A stretch of DNA of 64,000 nucleotides from Mobula hypostoma (Eukaryota), in NCBI RefSeq assembly GCF_963921235.1, contig NC_086109.1, forward strand, positions 21,020,001 through 21,084,000, given 5' to 3'. A program made the translations under genes and the position numbers. Of this stretch, positions 52,601 to 64,000 are shown piece after piece. The notes beneath the pieces were generated by a model. It had not been told where the DNA came from and did not search any database. It saw nothing but the letters and a program-made list of their open reading frames with translations. Position 1 is the first letter of the stretch, and the number at the start of each line of letters is the position of its first letter.

Positions 52601-52857
52601 ACGAAAATAACACGAATAAAGAAGTAGTGAGGTGTTGTTCATGGGTTCAATATCTATTTAAAAATTGGATGGCAGAGGGGAAGAAGCTGTTCCTGAATCG
52701 CTGAGTGGGTGCCTTCAGGCTTCTGTATCTCCTTGACGACGGTAACGGTGCGAAGAGGGCATGGCCTGGATGGTGGAGAACCATAATTATGGACGCCGCC
52801 TTCCTAAGGTGCCGCTCCTTTAAGCTGTTTTGGATACTACGGAGGCTGGTAATGTGC

Positions 52858-53466
52858 TACTGTACATGCTCCTCAAGTTTGTTTCAGCCAGGGGTGGTAC
52901 TGGGGACAAGCTCCCACTACCTATTAAATGTTCCCAATGGTGTGCGCCTCAAATAGCCTCTGACAACCAAGTCCAGATCCTTCACGTGTGGCTTAGCTAC
53001 CAAGCCCGGCAGAACCGTTTCTGTTGACAGGAGAAGGGGCAAAGGCCGGTTACTGGCACCTTAAAACCAGTCGCTTCGGGCAGGTGGGGCTCGTCATCCG
53101 TGGTTGGCAGCTCATCTCAGAAAAGCAAGACTGCTGCCTTGCGGCTATACCCAGTCATGGGGAGGGCTTCAGGAGTAAAACCCTGATGGAAAAATCTGGA
53201 GCTGGAGTCCCTAAGGCAGTCCTACATTGAGTTCAGTGCTCTCTGGCAGCTCCTGCGACGCTGTTGGTACCAGCTGTATTGGTCTCTGCCGTTCCTGTGG
53301 GTTCATCAGATGCGTGGAGAGGGGGAGCTTGCTATAAGGGTAACAGCTCGCTCTCCATTATTGAACTGCCCAGGCTTGAGTATCTGGACAGCGAGGACGC
53401 AATATCCACGGTCGACTCTGACCTACGGGGGCCTCAACTCAACTCAACTCAACTCAACAACTCAAT
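52858..53466 (+). mobile_element. RTE-like non-autonomous element with (caact)n tail
   Basis: Shares its 5' block with 45884-46386; ends gcctcaactcaactcaactcaactcaac. Confidence 0.55.
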
Positions 53467-53980
53467 ACGTGTACTTTGATCATGAATTTACGCTGAACTT
53501 TGAATTCTGAGATAGGGTGAATGTACAAAGTCTGGTACCCTCGTTGAAAAATCAAAAACCAGAAGGCATAGATTTAAGGTGAGAGGAGAAAGATTTAATA
53601 GGAACCCAAAAGGAAGCTTCTGCAAGAGGGTGGTCTGTATATGAAATGAACTGCCAAACAAAGTGGTTGAGACATGTGCATATGCAACATTCAAAAGGAA
53701 CATTTACAGGTACAGAGACTGGAAAGATTTAAAGGCATGTAGGCCAATCAAGATCAAGTGGGACTGCCTTGGGTGGCTACCTTGGTCAGCATGGATTGGT
53801 TGGACTGAAGGAGCTGTTTCTCTGCTGTGTGACTCAGTGACTCTATATTAGCTTGGGAAAATTATGTGGAGAGGGATTTGGGCCAGAGAGATTTGGGGAA
53901 GTCAGTTCATAAGGTTTAATTTAAATGACATGCATTTAAAGTGAGAAGGGGACATCTTACAGGAGATGTGCGGGACAGAC

Positions 53981-54258
53981 AAATGGCGGGAGGAGAAGAT
54001 GGCGGTGCGATGCAACGCACGCGGCCTCTCCAGTGAAATGATAGCGTATTTGTTAAATAGGGGCCGTGCACAATTCTGATTTGATGGAGACAGACGTGAG
54101 AAGCACGGAGGAACGTCTGGAGAAACTTCTGAAATGCCCGGTTCGCTGTCGCTGCTACTGTGCGATCGAGAATCTCTGGAGGGCAGGCCCCAAATCCTCA
54201 GCTTTGCCTGTTGCTGGTGGCTGGGGCCGGGGTTGAAGCGCTCGGATCTAATCTAATA
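53981..54258 (+). mobile_element. Short copy of a CpG-rich non-autonomous retroelement with (atcta)n tail
   Basis: Homologous to 63221-63485, joined directly to atctaatctaat. Confidence 0.7.
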
Positions 54259-54588
54259 AACTTATTTACACAGTGAGTGGTGGGTTTCTGGAGTGGGCTG
54301 TAAGGGTTGTAGTGGAAGCAGATACAATAGTGCCGTTTAAGAGGCTTTAAAGGGATCAGAAGGACATGGATCATATACAGGCAGAAGAGATTTAATTTAA
54401 TTTGGCATCCTGTATGGTGGCATCAGCACTGGACTTCAAGGCAGATGGCTGTGAGTTCAAACCCAGCCGGGTCTCAACCCGAGCAGCAGCAGTATCTGCG
54501 TGGAAGAAAGGCCTGGCAATCTTCTTCCTTCTCTTGCCATGAAAACCCTACAGTCCATGAGGTCACAAAGGATCGGACTCGACTAAGC

Positions 54589-55122
54589 ACAAAATAATCT
54601 GCAGATGCTGGGGTCAAAGCAACACCTGTTCAGATATGTCCATACGTGGCCTCCTCTACTGCCATGATGAGGCTAAACTCAGGTTGGAGGAGCAACACCT
54701 CATATACCGTCTGGGTAGTCTCCAGCCCCTCGGTATGAACATAGAATTCTCCAACTTCCGGTAATTCCCTCCCCCTCCCTTCCCCTATCCCTATGTCACT
54801 CTGTCCCCTCCCCCAGCTGCCTATCACCCCCCTCATGGTTCCACCTCCTTCTACTACCCATTGTGTTTTCCCCTATTCTTTCTTCACCTTTCCTGCCTGT
54901 CACCTCCCTGCTTCCCCGACCCCACCCCTTTATCTTTCCCCTTACTGGTTTTTCACCTGGAACCTACTAGCCTTCTCCTTCCCACCCTCCCCCCACCTTC
55001 TTTATAGGACCTCTGCCCCTTCCCTCTTCAGTCCTGACGAAGGGTTCCGGCCCGAAATGTCGACCGATCGTTTCCACGGATGCTGCCCGACCTGCTGAGT
55101 TCCTCCAGTGTGTTGTGAGTGT
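54589..55122 (+). mobile_element. Young Penelope-like insertion with inverted 5' segment and 14-bp TSD
   Basis: TSD ggactcgactaagc at 54575-54588 and 55123-55136. ORF end LRLEEQHLIYRLGSLQPLGMNIEFSNFR* (GIY-YIG C-terminal type), then pLTR. Confidence 0.85.
55029..55066 (+). ncRNA. Minimal hammerhead ribozyme motif
   Basis: CAGTC-CTGACGA-A-GGGT tccg GCCC-GAAA-TGTC-GACCG (CpG change in stem III). Confidence 0.6.
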
Positions 55123-55454
55123 GGACTCGACTAAGCTACTGAACAACAAAAGAAATAGCACAGACATCATGGGGCTGGAAGGCCTGGTCCATAGGATGGT
55201 AGGAGGAGGTAGTAGGACAATGTGGCTGTTTGGGAAGAAGAAACATCATGTGATGAGCAAAAAGACTGCTGGAGGAACTCAGAGGGTCAAGGGGGATTGG
55301 GATAGAGGCCGTTTCAGTTCAATACTGTTCATCTGCACTGAAAGAGTAGAGGGGAGATAGTTTAAAGAGGTGAGGAGGGGAAGAGAGACGAGTTGGTAGG
55401 GGTAGATTTGGTTGAGGTGGGAATTGAGTGACGAATGGAAAAGTAGGCAGGAAG

Positions 55455-56253
55455 CAACGTTCCCTCTAAGGTGTGCATGTTTGTGTGCGCGCACTTTTTT
55501 TTTGCTACTAGCGCTGAAAGGAATTTAAGGTGCGCACAAAATGTTGTCATCGTCTACCTCGTTGGTATGTTAAGTATATCTCACAATCGTACATAATCAC
55601 TTTCCTTTTCCGGTTTCGGATGCGGACGGTGTTGCCAATGTGAAGTCTGCGACGATTTGTCTGCAGATTTTAGAACTGGCTTGTTTATACTGTTTTTATT
55701 GAAGAAATTATTGTTTCACCATGTTAAATTCCAAAGAAGCAATGCGCAAAAGAACTGCTATTTCGTTTAAAGCAGAATGGCTTAATGAAACAGTAGAAAC
55801 TATATACTCCAAAAGGTCATGAGGTCAGGAACGTACAGTTACGAGAAATATTTAGGTACAATACAGAAAGTGCTGTACCTATGTGTATTGTCACGATGCA
55901 AAAGTTGCTGGAGAATTTGCAAGTGGGGAGTGATATTTGGAAACTTGATTTTTTAAAGTGTCTTTTAGCAAGCAAATCACATATGGACAGTATGCAAAAG
56001 CTCCCGCGAAAAAAATCCTTCATTACCCGCTACAGGCCTGCTACATATGTTTTGTTAGAGTGCAGATAAACGAGAGCGAAAACTATCAAACCCAGAGAAT
56101 GTCAAAGTTCCTATTGACAGCGGTTTGCTAGCTGTTAAAATTAATACCTCTATATATAAAATTCAGTGCGCACATGTTGTTGTCACTGGGCAAAAAATTG
56201 CACAGCACAAACTTTTTGCAGACATTGGTCATTACAAATCAGAGTGAACATTC
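55455..56253 (+). mobile_element. Deleted hAT-like DNA transposon
   Basis: Imperfect TIRs caacgttccctctaa / tcagagtgaacattc; 8-bp flanks gcaggaag/aatggaag; decayed N-terminal zinc-finger-like coding (SFKAEWL...YCHDA...WKLDFLK...SKSH). Confidence 0.6.
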
Positions 56254-56483
56254 AATGGAAGGATGAGGGAAGGCAACGGTGGGGCTGGGGAGAATTTGGT
56301 TGAGGTTAAGGGATAGGGAAGGGAAGGAATTACAAGGACAGAAGATTGTGGGCTTGAGTGTAGGTGAGGGATTGAAGGGGTTGCACAAGGTGCACTGAGC
56401 AAAGGAGCAGGCAAAGTGGAGAGATGTTATAGGAAAGGGGTGGTGGAGGAAACCGATGAAGTGGTATAGGCAATGGAGGTGAC

Positions 56484-57363
56484 ATCCATCACTGGGGCTC
56501 CACAGGGGACTGTCTTGTCTCCCTTTCTCTTCACCATTTACACCACGGACTTCAACTACTGCACAGAGTCTTGCCATCTTCAGAAGTTTTCTGATGACTC
56601 TGCCATAGTTGGATGCATCAGCAAGGGAGATGAGGCTGAGTACAGGGCTACGGTAGGAATCTTTGTCACATGGTGTGAGCAGAATTATCTGCAGCTTAAT
56701 GTGAAGAAGACTAAGGAGCTGGTGGTAGACCTGAGGAGAGCTAAGGCACCGGTGACCCCTGTTTCCATCCAGGGGGTCAGTATGGACATGGTGGAGGATT
56801 ACAAATACCTGGGGATACGAATTGACAATAAACTGGACTGGTCTAAGAACACTGAGGCTGTCTACAAGAAGGGTCAGAGCTGTCTCTATTTCCTGAGGAG
56901 ACTGAGGTCCTTTAACGTCTGCCGGACGATGCTGAGGATGTTCTATGAGTCTGTAGTGGCCAGTGCGATCATATTTGCTGTTGTGTGCTGGGGCAGCAGG
57001 CTGAGGGTAGCAGCCAGCAACAAAATCAACAAACTCATTCGTAAGGCCAGTGATGTCGTGGGGATGGAACTGAACTCTCTGACGGTGGTGTCTGAAAAGA
57101 GGATGCTGTCCAAGTTGCATGCCATCTTGGACAATGTCTCCCATCCACTACATAGTGTACTTGTTGGGCACAGGAGTATATTCAGCCAGAGACTCATTCC
57201 ACCAAGATGCAACACAGAGCGTCATAGGAAGTCATTCCTGCCTGTGGCCATCAAACTTTACAACTCCTCCCTTGGAGGGTCAGACACCCTAAACCAATAG
57301 GTTGGTCCTGGACTTATTTCCTGGCATAATTTACATATTACTATTTAATTATTTATGGTTTTA
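56484..57363 (+). mobile_element. Rex1/Babar LINE 3' part with open RT C-terminal ORF (3' UTR resumes 58494-58575)
   Basis: TGAPQGTVLSPFLF, QKFSDDSAIVG, KTKELVVDLRR, YKYLG, LYFLRRLRSF. Confidence 0.92.
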
Positions 57364-58493
57364 GAAACATAGAAACATAGAAAATAGGTGCAGGAGTAGG
57401 CCATTCGGCCCTTCGAGCCTGCACCGCCATTTATTATGATCATGGCTGATCATCCAACTCAGAACCCTGCCCCAGCCTTCCCTCCATACCCCGTGATCCC
57501 CGTAGCCACAAGGGCCATATCTAACTCCCTCTTAAATATAGCCAATGAACTGGCCTTAACTGTTTCCTGTGGCAGAGAATTCCACAGATTCACCACTCTC
57601 TGTGTGAAGAAGTTTTTCCTAATCTCGGTCCTAAAAGGCTTCCCCTTTATCCTCAAACTGTGACCCCTTGTTCTGGACTTCCCCAACATCGGGAACAGTC
57701 TTCCTGCATCTAGTCTGTCCAATCCCTTTAGGATTTTATACGTTTCAATCAGATCCCCCCTCAATCTTCTAAATTCCAACGAGTACAAGCCCAGTTCATC
57801 TAGTCTTTCTTCATATGAAAGTCCTGCCATCCCAGGAATCAATCTGGTGAACCTTCTTTGTACTCCCTCTATGGCAAGGATGACTTTCCTCAGATTAGGG
57901 GACCAAAACTGCACACAATACTCCAGGTGTGGTCTCACCAAGGCCTTGTACAACTGCAGTAGTACCTCCCTGCTCCTGTACTCGAATCCTCTCGCTATAA
58001 ATGCCAGCATACCATTCGCCTTTTTCACCGCCTGCTGTACCTGCATGCCCACTTTCAATGACTGGTGTATAATGACACCCAGGTCTCGTTGCACCTCCCC
58101 TTTTCCTAATTGGCCACCATTCAGATAGTAATCTGTTTTCCTATTTTTGCCACCAAAGTGGATAACTTCACATTTATCCACATTAAATTGCATCTGCCAT
58201 GAATTTGCCCACTCACCCAACCTATCCAAGTCACTCTGCATCCTCTTAGCATCCTCCTCACAGCTAACACTGCCACCCAGCTTCATGTCATCCGCAAACT
58301 TGGAGATGCTGCATTTAATTTCCTCATCCAAGTCATTAATATATATTGTAAACAACTGGGGTCCCAGCACTGAGCCTTGCGGTACCCCACTAGTCACCGC
58401 CTGCCATTCTGAAAAGGTCCCATTTATTCCCACTCTTTGCTTCCTGTCTGCTAACCAATTCTCCATCCACATCAATACCTTACCCCCAATACC
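57364..58493 (-). mobile_element. Young CR1 LINE 3' fragment with uninterrupted 338-aa ORF
   Basis: [29 protein letters not shown]; (ttctatgt)n tail; gtttta on both flanks. Confidence 0.93.
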
Positions 58494-59634
58494 GTTTTAT
58501 TACTATTTAATTATTTATGGTGCAACTGTAATGAAAACCAATTTCCCTCGGGGTCAGTAAAGTATGACTACGACTATTAGGGATCCTCACCATGCAGAAC
58601 ATGCCTTCTTCTCACTGCTGTCATCAGGAAAGAAGTACAGGAGCCTGAAGGCATATACTCAATGTTTTAGGGACAGCTTCTTCTCCTCAAGACCACTACC
58701 TCACTATTTTGATCTCTTTTTGCACTACTTAGTTATTTTTTATATATTTCTTGTTGTAAATTATAGTAATTGTTTTATGTATTGGACTGTACTGCTGCCC
58801 CAAAACACTAGGTTTCCGGATATATGTCGGTGATAGTAAACCTGATTCTGGTTCTGAAAGGAAAGAGGGAGAGCGTGAGGATATGAAAGAACCTATAACA
58901 AAATTGGGGTAGGACAGATTGAGGAGTGAGGGAAAAGCAGAGAGTCCTCAACCAGTAGACTTCATTATATAGTGATAGCGCCGGACTCCTTGCTGACCTT
59001 CAGTTCTTGGCCGCTTGTGGGATGCTTACAATTCCCATAACTGAGATCTGAGAATTGGGAGAACACTGAACAGTCACAGTATTGCATTTGAGATAGCTAA
59101 TGTTCCTCTTTTGAGAACCCAGTTGCAACAGAAACTATTTTTACTTTTTCAGAGAAGCAAACCTTTTCTGCAGGAAATTTTTCCTTTGGCTGTTCGAATT
59201 GAGAATAAACAGCAAATTCCAAATAGCCCTGAATACCTCAGTCACTATAGCATCAACTGAAGTCTGGACACTCGGCGGAAAATATCCTAAATTGTTATTT
59301 TGATTGAGGAGGCTTATTGGAAATGTTCAAAGAGGAACTATTAGAATTCAGTGAGGTAATCATTCTTTACCTCATGTTGGAATCTCAAAGCAATTTTCGC
59401 TTCCCTTTTTAACTTCTTGCTTCTTTGTTTCCTTTCGTACCCTTCTCTCCTCGGGGAAGTCAATCGCTAAGTTACATCTTATCCTAATGCTCATTTAATT
59501 TATGTGAAGTAGACAACAAAATAGATTTGCCCACCTCTCCTGGTTTCACTTATTACCTACCACCTTGTATTTCTTCCTCCCCTCCCCTCCCCACCCCCAC
59601 CCCACCTTCTGCTCTGACTTCTCATCTTTTTTTC

Positions 59635-59672
59635 CAGGCCTGATGAACGGTCTTGGCCCGAAACGTCGACTG
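59635..59672 (+). ncRNA. Minimal hammerhead motif in an older Penelope-like pLTR (~59525-59737)
   Basis: CAGGC-CTGATGA-A-CGGT cttg GCCC-GAAA-CGTC-GACTG. Confidence 0.5.
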
Positions 59673-59774
59673 TTTACTCATTTCCATAGATACTGTCAGG
59701 CCTACTGAGTTCCTCCAACATTTTCTGCGTGTTGCCAGCAATATAGTTTAATTATTTGTATTACTTATATTGTA

Positions 59775-61956
59775 TATTATTAAGTACCTCCTGTACCTAA
59801 TAAAGTGGGCACTGAGTGTACGTATCTGCTTTTCTGTTACTGTAGCTCATCCACTTCAAGGTTTGACATGTTGTGCGTTCAGAGATGCTCTTCTGCACAT
59901 CACTGTTGTAATGACTGTTCATTTTAGTTACCGGTGCCTTCCTCTTAAATTGAACCAGTCTGGCCGTTCTCATCTGACGTCTCTTATTAACAAAGCAATT
60001 TTGCCCACAATTCAGTCACTTTGCTTTTTTTTGCTTCCTTCACAACCCAAGAAAATGAATCTTAGGGTTGTATATGGTGATATGTAGGTATTTTGATAAT
60101 AAATTTACTTTGTACTTTTGTATTTTGTATTCTCTATGAACTCTAGTGACTGTTGTGCATGAAAATCCCAGGAGATCAGCAGTTTCTGAGATCCTCAAAC
60201 CACCCCTTCTGGCACCAACAACCATTCCACAGTCAAAGTCACTTACAGTGTCTATAAAAAGTATTCACCCCCCTCCCCCGGGAAGTTTTCATGTTTTATT
60301 GTTTTACAACATTGAATCGCAGTGGATTTAATTTGGCTTTTTTGACACTGATAACAGAAAAAGACTCTCATGTCAAAGTGAAAACAGATCTCTACAAGGT
60401 GATCTAAATTAATTACAAATATAAAACATAAATAATTGATTACGTAAGTATTCACCTCCCTTTTAATATGACACGCCAAATCATCACTGGTTCAGCCAAT
60501 TGATTTTAGAAGTCATATAATTAGTTAAATAGATTTTAGACTCCTGTGTGCAGTCAAGGTGTTTTAATTGATTGTAGTAAAAATATACCTGTATCTGGAT
60601 GGTCCAACAACTGCATGAAGATAAAAGAACACTCCAACCAACTCCGCAAAATGGTTATTGAAAAGCACAGGCCGGGAGATGGATACGGGAAAATTTCCAA
60701 GTCACTGAATATCCCTTCAAGTACAGTTAAGTCAATCATGAAGAAATGAAAGAATATGACACAGCTGTAAATCTGCCAATAGCAAGCTGTCCTCAAAAAC
60801 TGAGGGACCATGCAAGAAGGGGACTAGTGAGGGAGGCCACCAAGAGACCTATGACAACTCTGGAGGAGTTACAAGCTTCAGTGGCTGAGATGGGAGACAA
60901 CCGTTGCCCGAGTGCTTCACCAGTCATGCTTTTTGGGAGAGTGGCAAAGAGAAAGCCACTGTTGGGGAAAAAAAACTCACATGAAATCGTGCCTAGAGTT
61001 TGCCAGAAGGCATGTGGGAGACTCTGAAGTCAGCTGGAAGAAGATTCTAGGGTCTGATGAAACCAAAATTGGGCTTTTTGGCCATTAGACTAAATGCTAC
61101 ATTTGGCATAAGCCAAACACCACCCATAATCAAAGACGCACCATCCCTACTATTAAACATGGTGACTGCATCATGCTGTGAGGATGCTTCACTACAGCAG
61201 GCTCTGGAAAGCTTGTGAAAGTAGAGGGTAAAATGGATGCAGCAAAATATAGGGAAATCCTGAAGGAAAACCTGATGCAGGCTGCAAGAGAACTGTGACT
61301 TGGGAGAAGATATGTCATCTAGCAAGACAATGACCCCAAGTGTTAAGCTAAAGCTATACAGGAATGGTTTAAAAACAACAAAGTTAATGTTCTGGAGTGG
61401 TGAAGTCAGAGTCCAGACCTCAATCCAATTAAAGATTTGTGGCTGGACTTGGAAAGGGCTGCTCAGTCACGATCCCCATGCAATCTGACAGAACTTGAGC
61501 AGTTTTGTAAAGAAGAATGGGGGAAAATTGCAGTGTCCAGATGTGCAAAGACTCAAGGCTGTAATTCTGCCCAATGTGCATCTACTAAATACTGACTTGA
61601 GGGGATGAATACTTTGGCAATCAATTATTATGTTTTATATTTGTAATTAATTTAGATCACTTTTTAGAGATCTGTTTTCACCTTGACAAGAAGAAGTTTT
61701 TTTCTGTTGATTGGTGACAAAAAAAGCCAAATTAAATCCACTGAGATTCAATACTGTAAAACAATAAAATATGAAAACTTCCAAGGGGGTGAATACTTTT
61801 CATAGGCACTGTACATTATATTTTTTCCCCATTCTGAACAACAATGGAATCCCTCAACCATACCTGCATGCTCCATGATTGCCACATAATTGGTTGATAA
61901 TTATTTGCATTAATGATCAAGTGTACAGGCGTACCTAATAAAATGGCCACTGAGGG
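59775..61956. mobile_element. Second copy of the 1740-2297 Tc1/mariner non-autonomous family, hosting the Tc1 insertion
   Basis: Colinear with 1760-2297 outside 60246-61811. Right TIR gtacctaataaaatggccactgaggg-TA. HTH remnant VVGARRGGLRISETADLLGFS on the minus strand. Confidence 0.8.
60246..61811 (+). mobile_element. Full-length Tc1-like transposon (IR/DR type) with pseudogenised transposase
   Basis: TA-CAGTG...CACTG-TA, ~215-bp TIRs. Transposase remnants GDGYGKISKSLNIP, SDETK, QDNDP, SPDLNPI with stops and frameshifts. Confidence 0.93.
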
Positions 61957-62389
61957 TATATTATACTTGAATTTGCTTATTTTTCTTGTATTAAACCACC
62001 ATGCATATTGAGATATTGGAGTAGAAACAGGCCATTTGCCCCCTTGAGTCTACTCTGCTATTTCTTCATGGCTGATTCAATTTTTGTCTCAGCCCTAATC
62101 TCTCGCCTTCTCTCCCTTATTCCTTCATGCCCTGACCAATCAAGCATCTATCAACCTCTGCCTTAAATATACATAAAGACCTGGCCTCCACAAATGCCTG
62201 TGACAAAGAATTCCACAGATTCTCTACTCTCTGGCTAAAGAAATTCCTTCTCATCTCCATTCTAAAAGGATGTCCCTCTATTCTGAGGCTCTGTCCTCTG
62301 GTCTTAGACACTCCCACCATAGAAAACATCCTGTCCGCATCCACTCTATCAAGGCCTTTCACCATTCATTAGGTTTCAATTAGGTCACC

Positions 62390-62674
62390 AGTGGAAATGG
62401 TCCAGAAGGGTTGTATGGAAACTATTATTACCATTTTTCTTAACAACTAATTTCATTACTTAGCCTAATAGGTTAGATTTACCACAGTACATAATTATCT
62501 ATTTAAATGTTTATTTTGCTTTTATATCATCTCAATGTGTACTTAAGAATGTATAAATAATTGTAGTTTTATACATATAAAAAAATGGAAAAGGTTATAT
62601 GTGTGAAAAAAGTACATGATAATTGTGAACTCCTTATCCAAATAAAAATAAAATTAAAAAAAAACAAAAAAAAA
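62390..62674 (+). mobile_element. Poly(A)-tailed retroposed 3' fragment (L1/Tx1-type signature)
   Basis: 13-bp TSD caattaggtcacc at 62377-62389 and 62675-62687; AATAAA plus A-rich tail. Confidence 0.75.
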
Positions 62675-63220
62675 CAATTAGGTCACCTTTCATTCTTCTG
62701 AATTCTAGTGAATACAGGCCCAGAGCCATCAAACGCTTTTTATATGACCAGTCATTCAATCATTTTTATGAACCCTCTCCAGTGTCAGCAAATCCTTTCT
62801 ATGATAAGGTGCCCAAAACTGCTCACACTACTCCAAGTGAGGCCTCACCAGCACTTTATAAAGTCTCAACATTACATCCCTGCTTTTATATTCTAGTTCT
62901 CTTGAAATGAATGCTAACATTGTATTTGCCTTTCTCACCACAAGCTCAACCTGCAAATTAACCTTCAGGGAATCCTTCACAAGGACTCCCAAGTCCCTTT
63001 GTGCCTCAGATTTTTGAATTTTCTCTCCATTTAGAAAATAGTCTACCTTTTTATTTCTTCCTCCAAAGTACATGACCATACACTTCCTGACACTGTATTC
63101 CATCCACCACTTTGCTCATTTTCCTAATCTAAGTCTTTCTGTAGCCTCTCTACTCCCTCAAAACTACCTGCCCCTCTATTTATCTTCATATTGTCTGCAA
63201 ACTTTGCAACAAAGCCATCA

Positions 63221-63859
63221 AAAGAGGAGGGAGGAGAAGATGGCAGCGTGACGCAGCGCGCGCGGCCGTTCCGAATGATATCGTATGTGTTAACTAGGGG
63301 GCCGTGCACAATCCTGATTTGATGGAGACAGCCGTGAGAAGCACGGAGGAACACCTGGAGAAACTTCTGAAATGCCCGCTTCGCTGCCGCTGCTCCTGTG
63401 CGATCGAGAATCTCCGGAGGGGAAGGCCCCAAATCCTTGGCTTTGCCTATTGCCTGTTGCCGGGGCCGGGGTCGAAGCGCTCGGCAGAGATGGTGCTTTG
63501 TGTTCGGTGTTGGAGAGCTGGTCAGAGGCTCGGAGTCGGACTGTGGTCGGATGCTTCCAGGATGCTGCATCGGCAAGTTTGCAGCGCTGGAGGTTCACCG
63601 TCTGCATGAGATGATGGGACTTTCGAGAGACCTTGAGACTTCTTACCGTGCCCATGGTCTGTGCTTTATCAAATTATGGTATCGCTTGCCACTGTTGTAA
63701 CTATATGTTATAATTATGTGGTTTTTGTCAATTTTTCGGTCAGTTTGTCATGTGTTTCTGTGATATCATTCTGGAGAAACATTGTATCATTTCTTAATGC
63801 ATGCATTACTAAATGACAATAAAAGAAGACTGCGTGTCCTCATAATCTAATCTAATCTA
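63221..63859 (+). mobile_element. CpG-rich non-autonomous retroelement with (atcta)n tail
   Basis: Interrupts the CR1 text aaagccatca|attccgtcatc. Starts ggaggagaagatggcagcg; ends aataaaag...ataatctaatctaatcta. Confidence 0.75.
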
Positions 63860-64000
63860 ATTCCGTCATCTATGTTATTGACATATAACATAAAAAGAAG
63901 TGACCCTAGCACAGACCCTATGGAACACCACTAGTCACTGGCAGCCAACCAGAAAAAGCTTCCTTTATTCCCACTCTTTCACTCTTGCTAATCGACCACT

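Larger units (their letters stand above)
54411..55154 (+). mobile_element. tRNA-derived SINE with RTE/BovB-like tail, split by a Penelope-like insertion
   Basis: B box GTTCAAACC at 54455. Tail gtccatgaggtcacaaaggatcggactcgactaagc[insert]tactgaacaacaa. Confidence 0.65.
61995..64000 (-). mobile_element. CR1 LINE (same family as 22229-24105) with two nested insertions
   Basis: DLGVLV.DSLKVNLQV, LYKVLVRPHLE, TRGQSLRIEGHPFR. Confidence 0.88.

Noticed and set aside
52980..53045. Definite twister or HDV-like ribozyme call
   Set aside because: Could not place HDV P1/P1.1 or the twister UAA/P1 elements; kept only as a hypothesis.
56239..57144. 301-aa minus-strand ORF
   Set aside because: Antisense shadow of the Rex1 ORF plus low-complexity sequence.
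59150..59355. Plus-strand coding exon (tttcag ... gtaatc)
   Set aside because: All three frames contain stops.

Overview
Vertebrate nuclear DNA, probably a cartilaginous fish (ray/shark; inferred from the repeat mix of CR1, Rex1/Babar, Penelope-like elements and V-/Deu-type SINEs). One host gene is supported: a PPM1H/J/M-family PP2C phosphatase, most likely PPM1J, on the minus strand. Eight coding exons (47963 down to 4562) have GT-AG junctions with matching phases and join into 394 uninterrupted codons; the last exons must lie left of base 1. A CpG-rich region covers exon 1. Most of the rest is nested, mostly decayed mobile DNA. The most notable non-gene signals are: minimal type I hammerhead ribozyme motifs at the ends of Penelope-like elements; a solo LTR; an unclassified inverted-repeat element; a 56-bp minisatellite with a two-strand CpG-decay signature; and a tRNA-derived SINE with an RTE/BovB-like tail. 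No prokaryote-type system (CRISPR, operon) is present. Family and paralogue calls are from recognition, not database searches. Ends of decayed repeats are approximate.
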